DNA of 64,000 nt from assembly GCA_016214285.1 (NCBI GenBank), contig JACROV010000077.1, positions 1,617 through 65,616 of the forward strand. Direction: 5' to 3'. Under the pieces are notes generated by a model, which did not search any database, was not told the DNA's origin, and saw only the letters and a list, made by a program, of their open reading frames with translations. Source of the stretch: Candidatus Omnitrophota bacterium. Lineage in GTDB: Bacteria; Omnitrophota; Gorgyraeia; Zapsychrales; Zapsychraceae. Positions within the stretch are counted from its first letter, which is position 1. Every line of letters begins with the position of its first letter. The position numbers were made by a program, and so were the translations under genes. Positions 1 through 9,786 of the stretch are shown in pieces.

Positions 1-270
1 AAGAAGAACAGTAACGCCGTGCGCTTCAACCGCGCGGCGTTTACGCGCCAGGCCGAGGCTGTCAAACGCATGCTTATCCGTTTGGCGCTGGAGCGCCTGC
101 AGGGCAACATGAACCGGCTGACGCTGGCGCATATGCGCGCAATCGAAGACGCGCTTTCTCCAACAGCGGTTGATTCTCTCGTCCATTTGCCGGGACATCT
201 GCGGGTGCGTGTTGACAAAACCGGCCTGGAGATAACCCGCTCCGGCAATTCATCTGATTCATCTGAATAA
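1..270 (+). CDS. 3' end of a gene entering from the left edge; possibly tRNA(Ile)-lysidine synthetase (TilS), C-terminal part
   Basis: Frame 1 is open from base 1 to the TAA at 268-270; the track ORF 19..270 is only the part after an internal GTG. The pattern LIRLALERL..LTLAHMRAIEDAL..LPGHLRVRV..LEI resembles the TilS substrate-binding region. tilS directly upstream of ftsH is a common arrangement. Similarity was judged by eye only. Confidence 0.4.
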   Translation, partial: KKNSNAVRFNRAAFTRQAEAVKRMLIRLALERLQGNMNRLTLAHMRAIEDALSPTAVDSLVHLPGHLRVRVDKTGLEITRSGNSSDSSE

Positions 271-372
271 AAGACTTGATTTCCGTCGTGAATTCGTTAC
301 AATAAAAAATCTGAATTTGAGAGTGTTGAAAGAATCAACACTCTCATTTGTCTCCAATCGAGAGAGGTTTTG

Positions 373-2376
373 ATGGCAAAACAAGACAGACAAAACAGTG
401 CCGACTTCAACCAGCCGCAATTTAAAAAACCGCGCAAAGGTTACTCCTCCCGCAGGGATCCTCTCGGCGCGAATAAACCCCGGCCTCAGCCCAATAACGG
501 CAGTTGGCTGTTCTGGGTGGTCTTGCTGTTCATCTTTTTGATCTTCATGAGCCAGAACGACCCGGCGACCTCGATACGCGCTCCCAAGGAACTGACGTAC
601 AGCGAATTCTACAATACCCTCCTGACCAATAAAGAGACCGGCAGGATCCAGACCCTGGAACTTATCGAAAGCACGGAGAACAAGCTCCGCGGGACATTCC
701 ATGACGGGACGGAGTTCGTGCTTAACATCCCGCGTGAAGACGCGGAACTGTTGAAGGTCATCCGTGAAAATGTCTCCAACTTCAAGGTCGTGGTGCCGCA
801 GATTTTCTGGAGCCAGATGTTTTTTTCGTTCATGCCGATCCTGCTGATCATTATGTTCATTTGGTTCCTTTCGCACCGCGGCGCGCAGATGGGCAACAAG
901 ATCTGGTCGTTCGGCAAATCCCGGGCCAAGATGAGCAAGGGCAAGGGTATTATCACATTTCAGGACGTCGCCGGTGTCGATGAAGCGAAAGAAGAACTTC
1001 AGGAAGTCATTGAATTTTTGAAAGATCCCAAAAGATTTGAGCGGCTGGGAGGAAAGATCCCCAAAGGCGTGTTGTTGATCGGCCCGCCGGGGACGGGAAA
1101 AACGTTATTGGCCAAAGCGGTCGCCGGAGAGGCCGACGTGCCGTTCCTTTCGTTGAGCGGATCGGATTTCGTCGAAATGTTCGTCGGAGTGGGGGCCTCG
1201 CGCGTGCGGGATCTCTTCGAGCAGGGACGCAAGGCTTCCATGAGTTCCGGGAAAGGCGCTATCATTTTTATCGATGAGATCGATGCCGTAGGAAGGCTGC
1301 GCTTTGCCGGCATCGGCGGAGGCAACGACGAGCGGGAGCAGACGCTTAACGCGCTTCTGGTGGAGATGGACGGGTTTACCAACCAGAGCGGATTGATCAT
1401 GATCGCGGCCACGAACCGGCCTGACACGCTGGACCCGGCGCTGATGCGTCCCGGGCGTTTTGATCGGCAGGTCGTTGTGGGATTGCCGGATATCAATGGG
1501 CGGGAAGGTATCCTCAAAGTCCATAGCAAGGGAATTAAATTAGCGACGGATATCAATTTGCGAAAAGTCGCCCAGCAAACGGTTTATTTTTCCGGAGCGG
1601 ATCTGGCGAATGTCTGTAACGAAGCGGCCCTTTTGGCGGCACGCAAGAATAAAGATGTCGTGGGCATGGACGAATTTCTTGCCGCCGTGGAACGCGTGAC
1701 GATGGGACCCGAGAAGAAAAGCCGCGCTATTTCAAGAAAGGAAAAAGAGACTACCGCTTACCACGAGGCCGGGCACGCGTTGTTGTCGCTTCTGGTCGAA
1801 GAAGTGGATACGTTCACCAAGGTTTCCATTATTCCCCGGGGCATGGCGGGTGGTTACACGCTGACTCCTCCGACAGAAGACAAACATTATTTAAACAAGA
1901 AAGAACTGTTGGGGCAAATGACGGTGCTTTTGGGCGGCCTGATCGCCGAAGAAATTTATGCCGGGGACACCTCCACGGGTGTTTCCAACGACCTGGAAAG
2001 GGTCGCCCAGATCGCGCGTCATATGGTTTGCGTCTATGGGATGAGCGAAGCGCTGGGGCCATTGTCGTACGGACAGCGCGATCATATGCGTTTTCTCGGC
2101 CGGGACATTCTGGAGAACAAGGAATACAGTGACCTGACCGCCCAGAAGATCGATGAAGAGGTCCGCCGTTTGGTCCAGCATGCCCATGACCGCGGGAAGA
2201 AATTGCTGACCGAACATCGGGATAAACTGGAATTGATGGCGCGCCGGTTGATCGAAAAGGAAGTCATGGATATCGATGAAGCCCGGCAGATGCTTGGTGT
2301 GCCCGATCTGAAAGCCATTCCCGCCGCGGTCGAACCCGTCACGCAAGACATCCCGAAGAACGCGGGATCCGTATAA
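373..2376 (+). CDS. ftsH: ATP-dependent zinc metalloprotease FtsH
   Basis: Walker [19 protein letters not shown], Walker [33 protein letters not shown] and zinc site HEAGHA are present, with two N-terminal TM segments. The ATG at 373 is preceded by GAGAGAGG; the track start at 370 is a TTG one codon upstream. Confidence 0.97.
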   Translation: MAKQDRQNSADFNQPQFKKPRKGYSSRRDPLGANKPRPQPNNGSWLFWVVLLFIFLIFMSQNDPATSIRAPKELTYSEFYNTLLTNKETGRIQTLELIESTENKLRGTFHDGTEFVLNIPREDAELLKVIRENVSNFKVVVPQIFWSQMFFSFMPILLIIMFIWFLSHRGAQMGNKIWSFGKSRAKMSKGKGIITFQDVAGVDEAKEELQEVIEFLKDPKRFERLGGKIPKGVLLIGPPGTGKTLLAKAVAGEADVPFLSLSGSDFVEMFVGVGASRVRDLFEQGRKASMSSGKGAIIFIDEIDAVGRLRFAGIGGGNDEREQTLNALLVEMDGFTNQSGLIMIAATNRPDTLDPALMRPGRFDRQVVVGLPDINGREGILKVHSKGIKLATDINLRKVAQQTVYFSGADLANVCNEAALLAARKNKDVVGMDEFLAAVERVTMGPEKKSRAISRKEKETTAYHEAGHALLSLLVEEVDTFTKVSIIPRGMAGGYTLTPPTEDKHYLNKKELLGQMTVLLGGLIAEEIYAGDTSTGVSNDLERVAQIARHMVCVYGMSEALGPLSYGQRDHMRFLGRDILENKEYSDLTAQKIDEEVRRLVQHAHDRGKKLLTEHRDKLELMARRLIEKEVMDIDEARQMLGVPDLKAIPAAVEPVTQDIPKNAGSV

Positions 2377-2408
2377 GTTAAAAAGCATAAGACGCAGCGA
2401 GCCTTTCC

Positions 2409-3401
2409 TTGTCCCATTCCATCCGTCCACGAACGTCACACATCGTTACCGCGGGACCGCGCACCCTGCATCTAGGAAGACGTACGTATATCATGGGTAT
2501 TCTGAATATGACGCCGGATTCCTTCAGCGGGGACGGGTGCTTCACCGGTTCCCCAAAACCGGAGAACCCAAAAGCGGTTAACCGGGCATTGAGGCTCGCG
2601 CGGCGCTTCGTCCGGGAAGGCGCCGATATCATTGATGTCGGCGGTGAGTCCAGCCGTCCGGGGTCAAAAGGAATTTCCGCCAAAGAAGAAATTCGCCGTG
2701 TTATTCCTGCCATTCGCGCTTTGGCGCGAACGATCAAAATTCCCGTTTCCGTGGATACCTGTAAACCCTTGGTGGCGCGGCACGCTCTTGATGAAGGAGC
2801 GTGCATCGTTAATAATATCATGGGGACGAAGATGGAAAAAAGTTTTTTGCGGATGGTCCGTCAATATGGCGCCGCCATCGTGTTGATGCACATGCGCGGC
2901 ACTCCGCGGACCATGCAGCGCAATGTTCGCTATAAAGATGTTATCTCTGAAATTATCGATTCTTTGAAGAAATCCATGGAAAATTGCTTGGAAATCGGCA
3001 TCAAATCGGATAAAATCATTGTGGATCCGGGGATCGGGTTCGCGAAGACCGCTGAACATAATCTGGAAGTCCTTAAACATTTACGCCGGTTCACGGTCTT
3101 GAATCGGCCGTTGCTCATTGGGGTGTCACGCAAGTCTTTTATCGGTAAAGTGTTGGAGAAAGACGTTTCACAGCGATTGTATGGTTCGCTGGCGGCCGCG
3201 TGTGTCAGTATTTTCAATGGAGCGCATATTATCCGCGCGCATGATGTGGGGCCGACCAAGGAGGCCGCGATGATGACGGACGCTATTTTATCCTGCAGCC
3301 AGTCCGCCACAATTATTGGCGGACGGGCAGGATTCCGCCCTACGGGCGGAAAGAATTTGGTGCCACGGGTTGAAGCCCCACGGGCTTCACAGGGAAGGTA
3401 G
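2409..3401 (+). CDS. folP: Dihydropteroate synthase FolP with an unusual C-terminal tail
   Basis: Motifs seen: MGILNMTPDSFSGDG, DIIDVGGESSRPG, VSVDTCK, DPGIGFAKT, GVSRKSFIG, IIRAHDV. The start is TTG at 2409, with no in-frame ATG upstream of the conserved N-terminus. The ftsH-folP order is conserved in many bacteria. The last 36 codons lie beyond the usual FolP C-terminus. Confidence 0.9.
   Translation: MSHSIRPRTSHIVTAGPRTLHLGRRTYIMGILNMTPDSFSGDGCFTGSPKPENPKAVNRALRLARRFVREGADIIDVGGESSRPGSKGISAKEEIRRVIPAIRALARTIKIPVSVDTCKPLVARHALDEGACIVNNIMGTKMEKSFLRMVRQYGAAIVLMHMRGTPRTMQRNVRYKDVISEIIDSLKKSMENCLEIGIKSDKIIVDPGIGFAKTAEHNLEVLKHLRRFTVLNRPLLIGVSRKSFIGKVLEKDVSQRLYGSLAAACVSIFNGAHIIRAHDVGPTKEAAMMTDAILSCSQSATIIGGRAGFRPTGGKNLVPRVEAPRASQGR
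3302..3389. repeat. Three consecutive GC-rich stem-loops inside the folP 3' tail
   Basis: The three stem-loops are GTCCGCC-(9 nt)-GGCGGAC at 3302-3324, TTCCGCCC-TAC-GGGCGGAA at 3333-3351 and TGAAGCCC-CAC-GGGCTTCA at 3371-3389. They were read directly from the sequence. Confidence 0.8.
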
Positions 3402-3403
3402 AT

Positions 3404-4177
3404 ATGTCTTTTTTTTGGATATGGGATTTTATTAAACCCGTTTCCGAGATCTTGATTTTGTGGGTTATCTTTTATCATGTCCTGGTCTTCTTTGAAGGGA
3501 CGCGCGCGTTCCAGGTTTTTCGCGGGATAAGCTACCTGCTGATCCTTTTTCTCGGGGCACAGATCCTGGGCCTGGATATCCTCAACTGGCTTTTGACCAA
3601 ATTCTTCGCCATTTCCATCATCGCGCTTTTGATCATTTTTCAGCCGGAACTCCGCCAGGGGCTCGCCCGGTTAGGGCAGCAGCACCTGTTTAGTATCGCG
3701 TTGGCGGAATCCGAAATTGTCGCGATCATCGAGGAGATCGCCACCGCGGCGTACAAGCTGGCCCGGCAAAAGGTCGGATGCCTGATCGCCGTTGAGCGCG
3801 AAACCAGGTTGCAGGCTTATATCGAAAGCGGCCTGGATCTCGATGCCAGGATATCGTCCGAATTGATCCAGAGTATTTTCCTGGTCCCGTCCCCCTTACA
3901 CGATGGAGGGATCATTGTCCGGGGAAACCGCATCGTGGCGGCGGCATGTCTTTTTCCGCTGTCCGATAATCCCAGTTTCAGCAAGATCACCGGCACGCGT
4001 CACCGCGCGGCCGTCGGCATCACCGAGCACACCGACGCCGTTGTGGTGATGGTTTCTGAACAAAGCGGCGAGGTCTCGGCCGCCGCCGACGGACGGTTTA
4101 TCCCGGTCGACAATCGGGAGAGGTTGGCCGGCATTCTAAAAGACCTGTTGGTCAGTGACGCAAAGAAGAGAAAGTGA
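3404..4177 (+). CDS. cdaA: Diadenylate cyclase CdaA (c-di-AMP synthase)
   Basis: Three N-terminal TM helices are followed by a DAC domain with LHDGGIIV and GTRHRAAVGITEHTDAVVVMVSEQSGEVS. Confidence 0.92.
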   Translation: MSFFWIWDFIKPVSEILILWVIFYHVLVFFEGTRAFQVFRGISYLLILFLGAQILGLDILNWLLTKFFAISIIALLIIFQPELRQGLARLGQQHLFSIALAESEIVAIIEEIATAAYKLARQKVGCLIAVERETRLQAYIESGLDLDARISSELIQSIFLVPSPLHDGGIIVRGNRIVAAACLFPLSDNPSFSKITGTRHRAAVGITEHTDAVVVMVSEQSGEVSAAADGRFIPVDNRERLAGILKDLLVSDAKKRK

Positions 4178-4219
4178 TCCGCCGACGCGCCGCTGGCGCA
4201 ATATAGGGATCGAGCGAAA

Positions 4220-4318
4220 ATGAAGAAATGGTTCACGTATAATTTAACGTTAAAACTGATCGCGCTGGGTTTGGCGGTTATCACGTGGATCTATGCCAAC
4301 CGTGAACTGATGCGATAA
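4220..4318 (+). CDS. 32-codon ORF resembling only the N-terminal membrane anchor of CdaR/YbbR; relic or micro-protein
   Basis: The ORF runs from the ATG at 4220 to the TAA at 4316-4318 and encodes MKKWFTYNLTLKLIALGLAVITWIYANRELMR. It sits where cdaR normally follows cdaA. It is absent from the ORF track because it is too short. No YbbR domain follows. Confidence 0.3.
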   Translation: MKKWFTYNLTLKLIALGLAVITWIYANRELMR

Positions 4319-4323
4319 TTGAA

Positions 4324-4392
4324 AAGTCGTCAGTCTTCAGACTTCAGTCGTCAGATAGCGACTGATGACTGACGACGGATGACTGACGACTT
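4324..4392. repeat. Nested palindrome built from GTCGTCAG / CTGACGAC octamers, abutting the pdxJ start codon
   Basis: AAGTCGTCAGTC at 4324-4335 is the perfect reverse complement of GACTGACGACTT at 4381-4392. An inner GTCGTCAG at 4347-4354 pairs with CTGACGAC at 4369-4376. Overall there are two direct copies of the 8-mer followed by two copies of its complement. Confidence 0.8.
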
Positions 4393-4394
4393 AA

Positions 4395-5108
4395 ATGAAA
4401 CTCGGCGTTAACATCGATCATGTGGCTACCTTACGCCAGGCGCGGCGCGAATTCGATCCTGATCCAACCGCGGCCGCGCGGTGTTGTGAGCGCGCCGGCG
4501 CGGAGGGCATCGTCGCGCATTTACGTGAAGACCGGCGTCACATCCAGGAAAAGGATATCCGCGCCTTGCGCAAGATCGTTGCCACGCGCTTGAATCTCGA
4601 GATGTCGCTGGATGAAAAGATTCTGGCCATCGCCTGCTCCGTTGGTCCGGATGTGGCCACGATCGTCCCGGAAAAACGCGCGGAGATCACGACCGAAGGC
4701 GGTCTGGACGTCGTTAAACATTTCCGGAAGGTAAAAAAAGCGGCGGCGGCATTGACGAAAGCCGGGATCGAGGTCAGTTTCTTTATTGACCCTGTCGCGG
4801 CGCAAATTATCAGGACCAAAGAGGCCGGCGTGGAAATGGTGGAGCTTCACACCGGGGCTTATGCCAACGCTCAACGCCGGCAACAAATTTCACGTGAACT
4901 TGATAAAATCAGGAAAATGACCGCCTTCGCCCGTGGATTGGGGATGACGGTCAATGCCGGGCATGGTCTTAATTACAATAATGTCCAGGCGATCTCCCGG
5001 ATCCCCGGTATCGCTGAATTGAATATCGGCCACGCGATCATTTCCCGCGCGGTATTTGTGGGCTTAGAAGCGGCCGTGCGAGAGATGGTCAAGCGCATCA
5101 AAACGTAA
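4395..5108 (+). CDS. pdxJ: Pyridoxine 5'-phosphate synthase PdxJ
   Basis: The N-terminus MKLGVNIDHVATLRQAR is typical, along with AHLREDRRHI, ELHTG and NAGHGLNY. The length of 237 aa fits. Confidence 0.95.
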   Translation: MKLGVNIDHVATLRQARREFDPDPTAAARCCERAGAEGIVAHLREDRRHIQEKDIRALRKIVATRLNLEMSLDEKILAIACSVGPDVATIVPEKRAEITTEGGLDVVKHFRKVKKAAAALTKAGIEVSFFIDPVAAQIIRTKEAGVEMVELHTGAYANAQRRQQISRELDKIRKMTAFARGLGMTVNAGHGLNYNNVQAISRIPGIAELNIGHAIISRAVFVGLEAAVREMVKRIKT

Positions 5109-5118
5109 GGGGAAGATA

Positions 5119-5469
5119 ATGGTCTTAGGGATCGGCACGGACATTATTGAGATCGATCGGATCCAGAAGGCGATCAGCCGCTGGGGGGACGGTTTTCTTT
5201 CCCATGTCTTTAATGAGGAAGAGATCGAATACGCCCAGAAATATAAATTTTCCGCGCCGCACTTCGCCGGACGTTTTGCCGCGAAAGAAGCGATCTATAA
5301 AGCGATCGGCAACAATAAAAATCTCGCCTGGAAGGACATCAAGATCCTTAATGATGCCAACGGAAAGCCATATTGCGTTTTAAACGACCGGAGATTTGTT
5401 AACAAAATTCTCATTTCCATTTCGCACACGCGCAATTACGCGGTCGCCAGCGCGATCGTCACGCGATGA
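5119..5469 (+). CDS. acpS: Holo-[acyl-carrier-protein] synthase AcpS
   Basis: GIGTDIIEIDRI, FAAKEAIYKA and ISISHT are present in a 116-aa protein. The pdxJ-acpS order is conserved. Confidence 0.93.
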   Translation: MVLGIGTDIIEIDRIQKAISRWGDGFLSHVFNEEEIEYAQKYKFSAPHFAGRFAAKEAIYKAIGNNKNLAWKDIKILNDANGKPYCVLNDRRFVNKILISISHTRNYAVASAIVTR

Positions 5470-6335
5470 TCATGAAATTGCCGACGCCGTTAACCCGCCG
5501 CAAACCGGATGTTCACAAAAATCAATTTGGCCATGTGTGCGTCATCGCGGGATCGGCGAAGATGTTGGGGGCCGCGGCGTTGACCAGTTTGGCCGCGATG
5601 CGCTCCGGCGCGGGGCTGGTGACGGCGGCCGTGCCGCAGAGTCTTAACACGGCCGCGCAGAAGAAAGTCGCCAACGTCGTGATGACATTGCCGCTTGAGG
5701 AAACGGCGGAAAAGACATTGGCCCTGGCGGCATTCACACAAATCCGGCGGGCCTATGAACGGTTTGATGTTTTTGCGCTGGGCCCCGGATTGTCGCGGCA
5801 CCCCTCGACGCAAAAATTGATTTTAAGAATTATAACCACTTCGCCAAAACCACTGGTCATCGACGCCGACGGTCTCAACGCCCTGGCCGGACATCCGGAA
5901 GTTTTGCGCAAGACACCGGCCTTGAAAATTTTGACGCCGCATCCGGGAGAGATGGCGCGTTTGATCAACCGTTCCAAAGATTATGTTGAGAAGAACCGCC
6001 GGCAAACGGCGCTGGAATTCGCGCGCGAATATGACTGCGTTGTATTGTTAAAAGGACATCGCACGCTGGTGGCGTCACCGCAAGGAAAGCTTTACGTAAA
6101 TACAACGGGCAATGCCGGCATGGCGACCGCCGGGAGCGGGGATGTCCTGACCGGCATGATCGCGGCTTTGCTGGGACAAGGATTAACGGGGTTCGAAGCG
6201 GCCAAATTTGGCGCTTATTGGCACGGGAAGGCCGGGGATCTGGCGGCCAAGTCCAGGACGCGCGCGTGTATGATCGCCTCGGATATCATTGATAATATTC
6301 CTGCAGCGGCAAAAAGGATCGAAAGTGGAAAATAG
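5466..6335 (+). CDS. nnrD: ADP-dependent NAD(P)H-hydrate dehydratase (YjeF C-terminal / NnrD type)
   Basis: [43 protein letters not shown] and [17 protein letters not shown] are present. The start overlaps the acpS stop (ATGA). Confidence 0.9.
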   Translation: MIMKLPTPLTRRKPDVHKNQFGHVCVIAGSAKMLGAAALTSLAAMRSGAGLVTAAVPQSLNTAAQKKVANVVMTLPLEETAEKTLALAAFTQIRRAYERFDVFALGPGLSRHPSTQKLILRIITTSPKPLVIDADGLNALAGHPEVLRKTPALKILTPHPGEMARLINRSKDYVEKNRRQTALEFAREYDCVVLLKGHRTLVASPQGKLYVNTTGNAGMATAGSGDVLTGMIAALLGQGLTGFEAAKFGAYWHGKAGDLAAKSRTRACMIASDIIDNIPAAAKRIESGK

Positions 6336-7047
6336 AAAAGAGAAAATCGATTTTCAATCTTCCAACTTCGATTTTCGAAGACTGAAGTTAACACCGCCTA
6401 ACAGCGAGAAGCGCGTGCTCCTTCATTCCTGTTGCGCGCCGTGTTCCTGCGACGTGATGGCGACGATGGTTGAGTCAGGTATCGATTTGACGATTTTCTT
6501 CCACAATCCTAATATCCATCCCCGTGAGGAATACGAAATCCGCAAAGAGGAAAATATACGTTTTGCCCAAAAGAGCGCCATTCCCATTATTGATGCCGAT
6601 TATGATCGGGAGAACTGGTTCGCGCGCGTCAAGGGGCTGGAATTGGAGCCGGAACGGGGCAAACGCTGCACCATGTGTTTTGATATGCGCTTTGAACGCA
6701 CGGCCCTGTATGCCCATGAGCATGGTTTCAAAGTGTTTACCAGCAGCCTCGGGATAACGCGCTGGAAAAATATGGATCAGGTCAATGAGTGCGGCATGCG
6801 CGCCGCCAGCCGCTATTCCGGCATGGTGTATTGGACGTATAATTGGCGTAAAATGGGCGGGTCTCAGCGAATGTATGAATTATCCAAGCAGGAAGAGTTT
6901 TACCAGCAGGAATACTGCGGCTGCGTTTATTCGTTGCGGGATACCAATGCTTGGCGTTTCAAGAATGGAAAAGGGAAAATAGTACGAGGCGAAAGGTTCT
7001 ATGCTGAAAATCCTGTGAACGTAGATTTTTCCGCTGAAAAGATTTGA
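6325..7047 (+). CDS. queH: Epoxyqueuosine reductase QueH (DUF208)
   Basis: [20 protein letters not shown] and QEYCGCVYS cysteine motifs are present. I prefer the GTG at 6325, preceded by AAGGA, over the track start at 6289, which overlaps nnrD by 47 nt. Confidence 0.85.
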   Translation: MENRKEKIDFQSSNFDFRRLKLTPPNSEKRVLLHSCCAPCSCDVMATMVESGIDLTIFFHNPNIHPREEYEIRKEENIRFAQKSAIPIIDADYDRENWFARVKGLELEPERGKRCTMCFDMRFERTALYAHEHGFKVFTSSLGITRWKNMDQVNECGMRAASRYSGMVYWTYNWRKMGGSQRMYELSKQEEFYQQEYCGCVYSLRDTNAWRFKNGKGKIVRGERFYAENPVNVDFSAEKI

Positions 7048-7128
7048 TGCGGTGCTGGCCAGCCTATTGAGGGGATGTTATACTAACACTGCGATTAAAG
7101 CAATCAATTTGAGAGAGGAGAATAAGCA

Positions 7129-7995
7129 TTGAAAGGTATTATCCTGGCAGGAGGGAGGGCAACAAGGCTGTATCCTATTACCAAAGGGGTTTGTAAGCAG
7201 TTACTTCCGGTCTATGATAAGCCGATGATTTACTATCCGCTTTCGGTGCTGATGCTGGCGGGGATCCGGCATGTTCTTATCATTTCTACAGCTCAAGACA
7301 TCCCTAATTTTAGAAATTTATTGGGCGATGGGAAGACTCTGGGACTGAATGTCTCATACGCGCTACAACCGCATCCGGGCGGTATCGCCCAGGCCATCTT
7401 GATTGGAGAGCAGTTTATTGGGAAAGATGGGATTAGTTTAATCCTCGGTGACAACATCTTCTACGGCGATAAATTGACGGTGTTTTTGAAAGAATCCGCC
7501 TCAGTGAAGGACGGTGCTACCGTTTTTGCCTACAATGTCAAAGATCCCCAGCGTTATGGGGTTATTACATTTGATAAGGATTTAAAGGCCACCTCGATTG
7601 TTGAGAAACCCCAAGACCCTAAATCCAATTGGGCTGTTACGGGGCTTTATTTTTATGATAATCATGTTGTTGAGATCGCCAAGGATCTAAAACCATCGCA
7701 ACGAGGCGAGCTGGAGATAACGGATGTCAACAAGGTTTATCTCCAGAGGGGGAAATTAAGGGTCAAGTTATTGGGCCGCGGCTACGCCTGGCTGGATACG
7801 GGGACTTATGATTCCCTTATCGATGCCTCCGTTTTCATTAAAACCATCGAGGATCGGCAGGGCTTGAAGATCGGCTGTATCGAGGAGATTGCCTATCGCA
7901 AGGGGTTTATTACGGCCGATCAGCTTTCCGAGATTGCCGGGACCATTCCTACAAGCTACGGCGACTATTTAAGGCAAATCGTTCATGAGAAATAG
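7129..7995 (+). CDS. rfbA: Glucose-1-phosphate thymidylyltransferase
   Basis: [46 protein letters not shown] and the C-terminal YGDYL are present. The start is TTG, preceded by GAGAGAGGAG. Confidence 0.95.
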   Translation: MKGIILAGGRATRLYPITKGVCKQLLPVYDKPMIYYPLSVLMLAGIRHVLIISTAQDIPNFRNLLGDGKTLGLNVSYALQPHPGGIAQAILIGEQFIGKDGISLILGDNIFYGDKLTVFLKESASVKDGATVFAYNVKDPQRYGVITFDKDLKATSIVEKPQDPKSNWAVTGLYFYDNHVVEIAKDLKPSQRGELEITDVNKVYLQRGKLRVKLLGRGYAWLDTGTYDSLIDASVFIKTIEDRQGLKIGCIEEIAYRKGFITADQLSEIAGTIPTSYGDYLRQIVHEK

Positions 7996-8806
7996 AATAT
8001 TGATCCTTGGAAAAGGATTTATCGGAGAACGCCTGCGGGAAGAATTTTCGTGCGCCGTTTCCACCGCACGGATTGCGACATTTGCGGATATCACCTCCCA
8101 AATTCAAAAATACAAACCTCAAATTCTTATCAACTGCATCGGGCATACGGGCGCAGGCAATGTTGACGGATGCGAACTGGCGTTGGATAAAACCTTGTCA
8201 GCCAACACGTATGTCCCGATTTTGTTGGCCGAGGCCGCTTACCGCAACAAGATTAAGCTTGTTCATTTGAGTAGCGGCTGTATTTTTCATTATAATTATG
8301 GAAGACAGCGGCCGATTACGGAGAATCCCATACCCGATTATTATGACCTGTATTACAGCCGAAGCAAGATTTACGCCGAAAACGTCTTAAGGGAACTTTC
8401 CAAACGATGGAACATTCTCATCGCCCGGGTCAGGGTTCCTCTTGATTGCAAGCCGCACCCCAAAAATCTTTTGACTAAACTCATCAATTACAAAAAAGTT
8501 ATTAATGTGCCCAATTCGGTGACCTATATCCCCGATTTTGTCCAGGCGTTGCGGCATTTAATCAAGGTTGATGCCCGGGGAATCTATAATGTTGTTGCCC
8601 AAGGAGAACTCCGTTATCCGAGATTGTTGGATATTTATTGTAAGTATGTCTCTGATTTTCAATATAAAGTGATCAATCTTGAACAGTTGAATCTGACGAG
8701 AACAAACCTGATCTTATCGACGCGAAAGCTGGAAAAGACGGGGTTCAAGGTCAGGGCGATCGATGAAATTCTTAAAGAATGCGTCCAAGAATATCTAAAA
8801 TATTAG
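7985..8806 (+). CDS. RmlD-like SDR (dTDP-4-dehydro-6-deoxyhexose reductase family)
   Basis: There is a Rossmann N-terminus [10 protein letters not shown] and a YSRSK catalytic Tyr/Lys. The size is 273 aa. The position between rfbA and rfbB fits, but the exact substrate and stereochemistry are not inferable. Confidence 0.6.
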   Translation: MRNRILILGKGFIGERLREEFSCAVSTARIATFADITSQIQKYKPQILINCIGHTGAGNVDGCELALDKTLSANTYVPILLAEAAYRNKIKLVHLSSGCIFHYNYGRQRPITENPIPDYYDLYYSRSKIYAENVLRELSKRWNILIARVRVPLDCKPHPKNLLTKLINYKKVINVPNSVTYIPDFVQALRHLIKVDARGIYNVVAQGELRYPRLLDIYCKYVSDFQYKVINLEQLNLTRTNLILSTRKLEKTGFKVRAIDEILKECVQEYLKY

Positions 8807-9786
8807 TTACGGGAGGGGCGGGTTTTATCGGCAGCACCTTTGTCCGGGAGGGAATCCGGTGCGGCTGCGGGATTACCGTCGTCGACAAGGTGACTTATGC
8901 CGGAGACCTTGCCCGGCTAAGGGAAGTCCAGGGGCAATACACGTTGTATAAGACGGATATTTGCCAAAGACAGAAATTGGAGGATATTATCCGGAGGGAA
9001 AAGCCGCGTTTTATCGTTCATTTTGCCGCCGAAACGCATGTGGACCGCAGCATCCAGGATGTGGCCGCTTTTATCCGGACCAATGTCATGGGGACGCAGA
9101 ATTTAATCGACCTTTCCCTGAAATTCGGGATTGAAAAGTTTTTTCATGTTTCCACGGATGAGGTCTACGGGGAAAGCAGGGAAGGCCGGTTCCTCGAAGA
9201 CAGCATTTTACGGCCCGGCAACCCTTACGCGGCGACAAAGGCCTCGGCCGAGTGGCTTATAAAAGCTGCCGTGAGAACCTTCGGGTTCCCGGCTGTTATT
9301 GTCCGGCCGGCGAATAATTACGGCCCCTGGCAGTATCCGGAAAAATTTGTCCCCGTGATTATCTTAAAGGCCTTGAATAATCAAAATATACCTGTTTATG
9401 GGAAAGGAAAACAGATCCGCGAATGGCTGTACGTTTCCGATTGCGCGGCAGGCATTTTTACTCTTCTGCACAAGGGTAAGATCGGCGAAACGTACAATAT
9501 CGGCAGTTATTTTGAGCAATCCAATTTAGAGACGGCCAGGATGATTCTGCGGTATTTGGACAAATCCGAAAATTTGATTCAGTTCGTCGAGGACCGTCCC
9601 GGCCACGACTTCCGCTACTCCGTGGATTGTGCCAAGATACGCCAGCTGGGATGGCGGCCGCAGGTCAGTTTTGAAGAAGGGATCTCCGGGACCATCTCTT
9701 GGGCGCGGGACAATTTTTCATGGCTCAAAGGCAAGGTGAAGTATCTGCAAAATCACTGGAAAAAGGTGTATAGAAAAAGTGGTTAG
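8779..9786 (+). CDS. rfbB: dTDP-glucose 4,6-dehydratase
   Basis: [39 protein letters not shown] and RPANNYGP are present. Confidence 0.93.
   Translation: MRPRISKILVTGGAGFIGSTFVREGIRCGCGITVVDKVTYAGDLARLREVQGQYTLYKTDICQRQKLEDIIRREKPRFIVHFAAETHVDRSIQDVAAFIRTNVMGTQNLIDLSLKFGIEKFFHVSTDEVYGESREGRFLEDSILRPGNPYAATKASAEWLIKAAVRTFGFPAVIVRPANNYGPWQYPEKFVPVIILKALNNQNIPVYGKGKQIREWLYVSDCAAGIFTLLHKGKIGETYNIGSYFEQSNLETARMILRYLDKSENLIQFVEDRPGHDFRYSVDCAKIRQLGWRPQVSFEEGISGTISWARDNFSWLKGKVKYLQNHWKKVYRKSG

Noticed and set aside
259-2439. Several long minus-strand and off-frame ORFs within ftsH (for example 259..876, 999..1556, 1891..2439).
   Set aside because: They lie entirely inside, or antisense to, the strongly supported ftsH gene. 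They have low-complexity Arg/Pro/Ser-rich translations and no recognisable motifs. These are typical shadow ORFs of GC-rich coding DNA.
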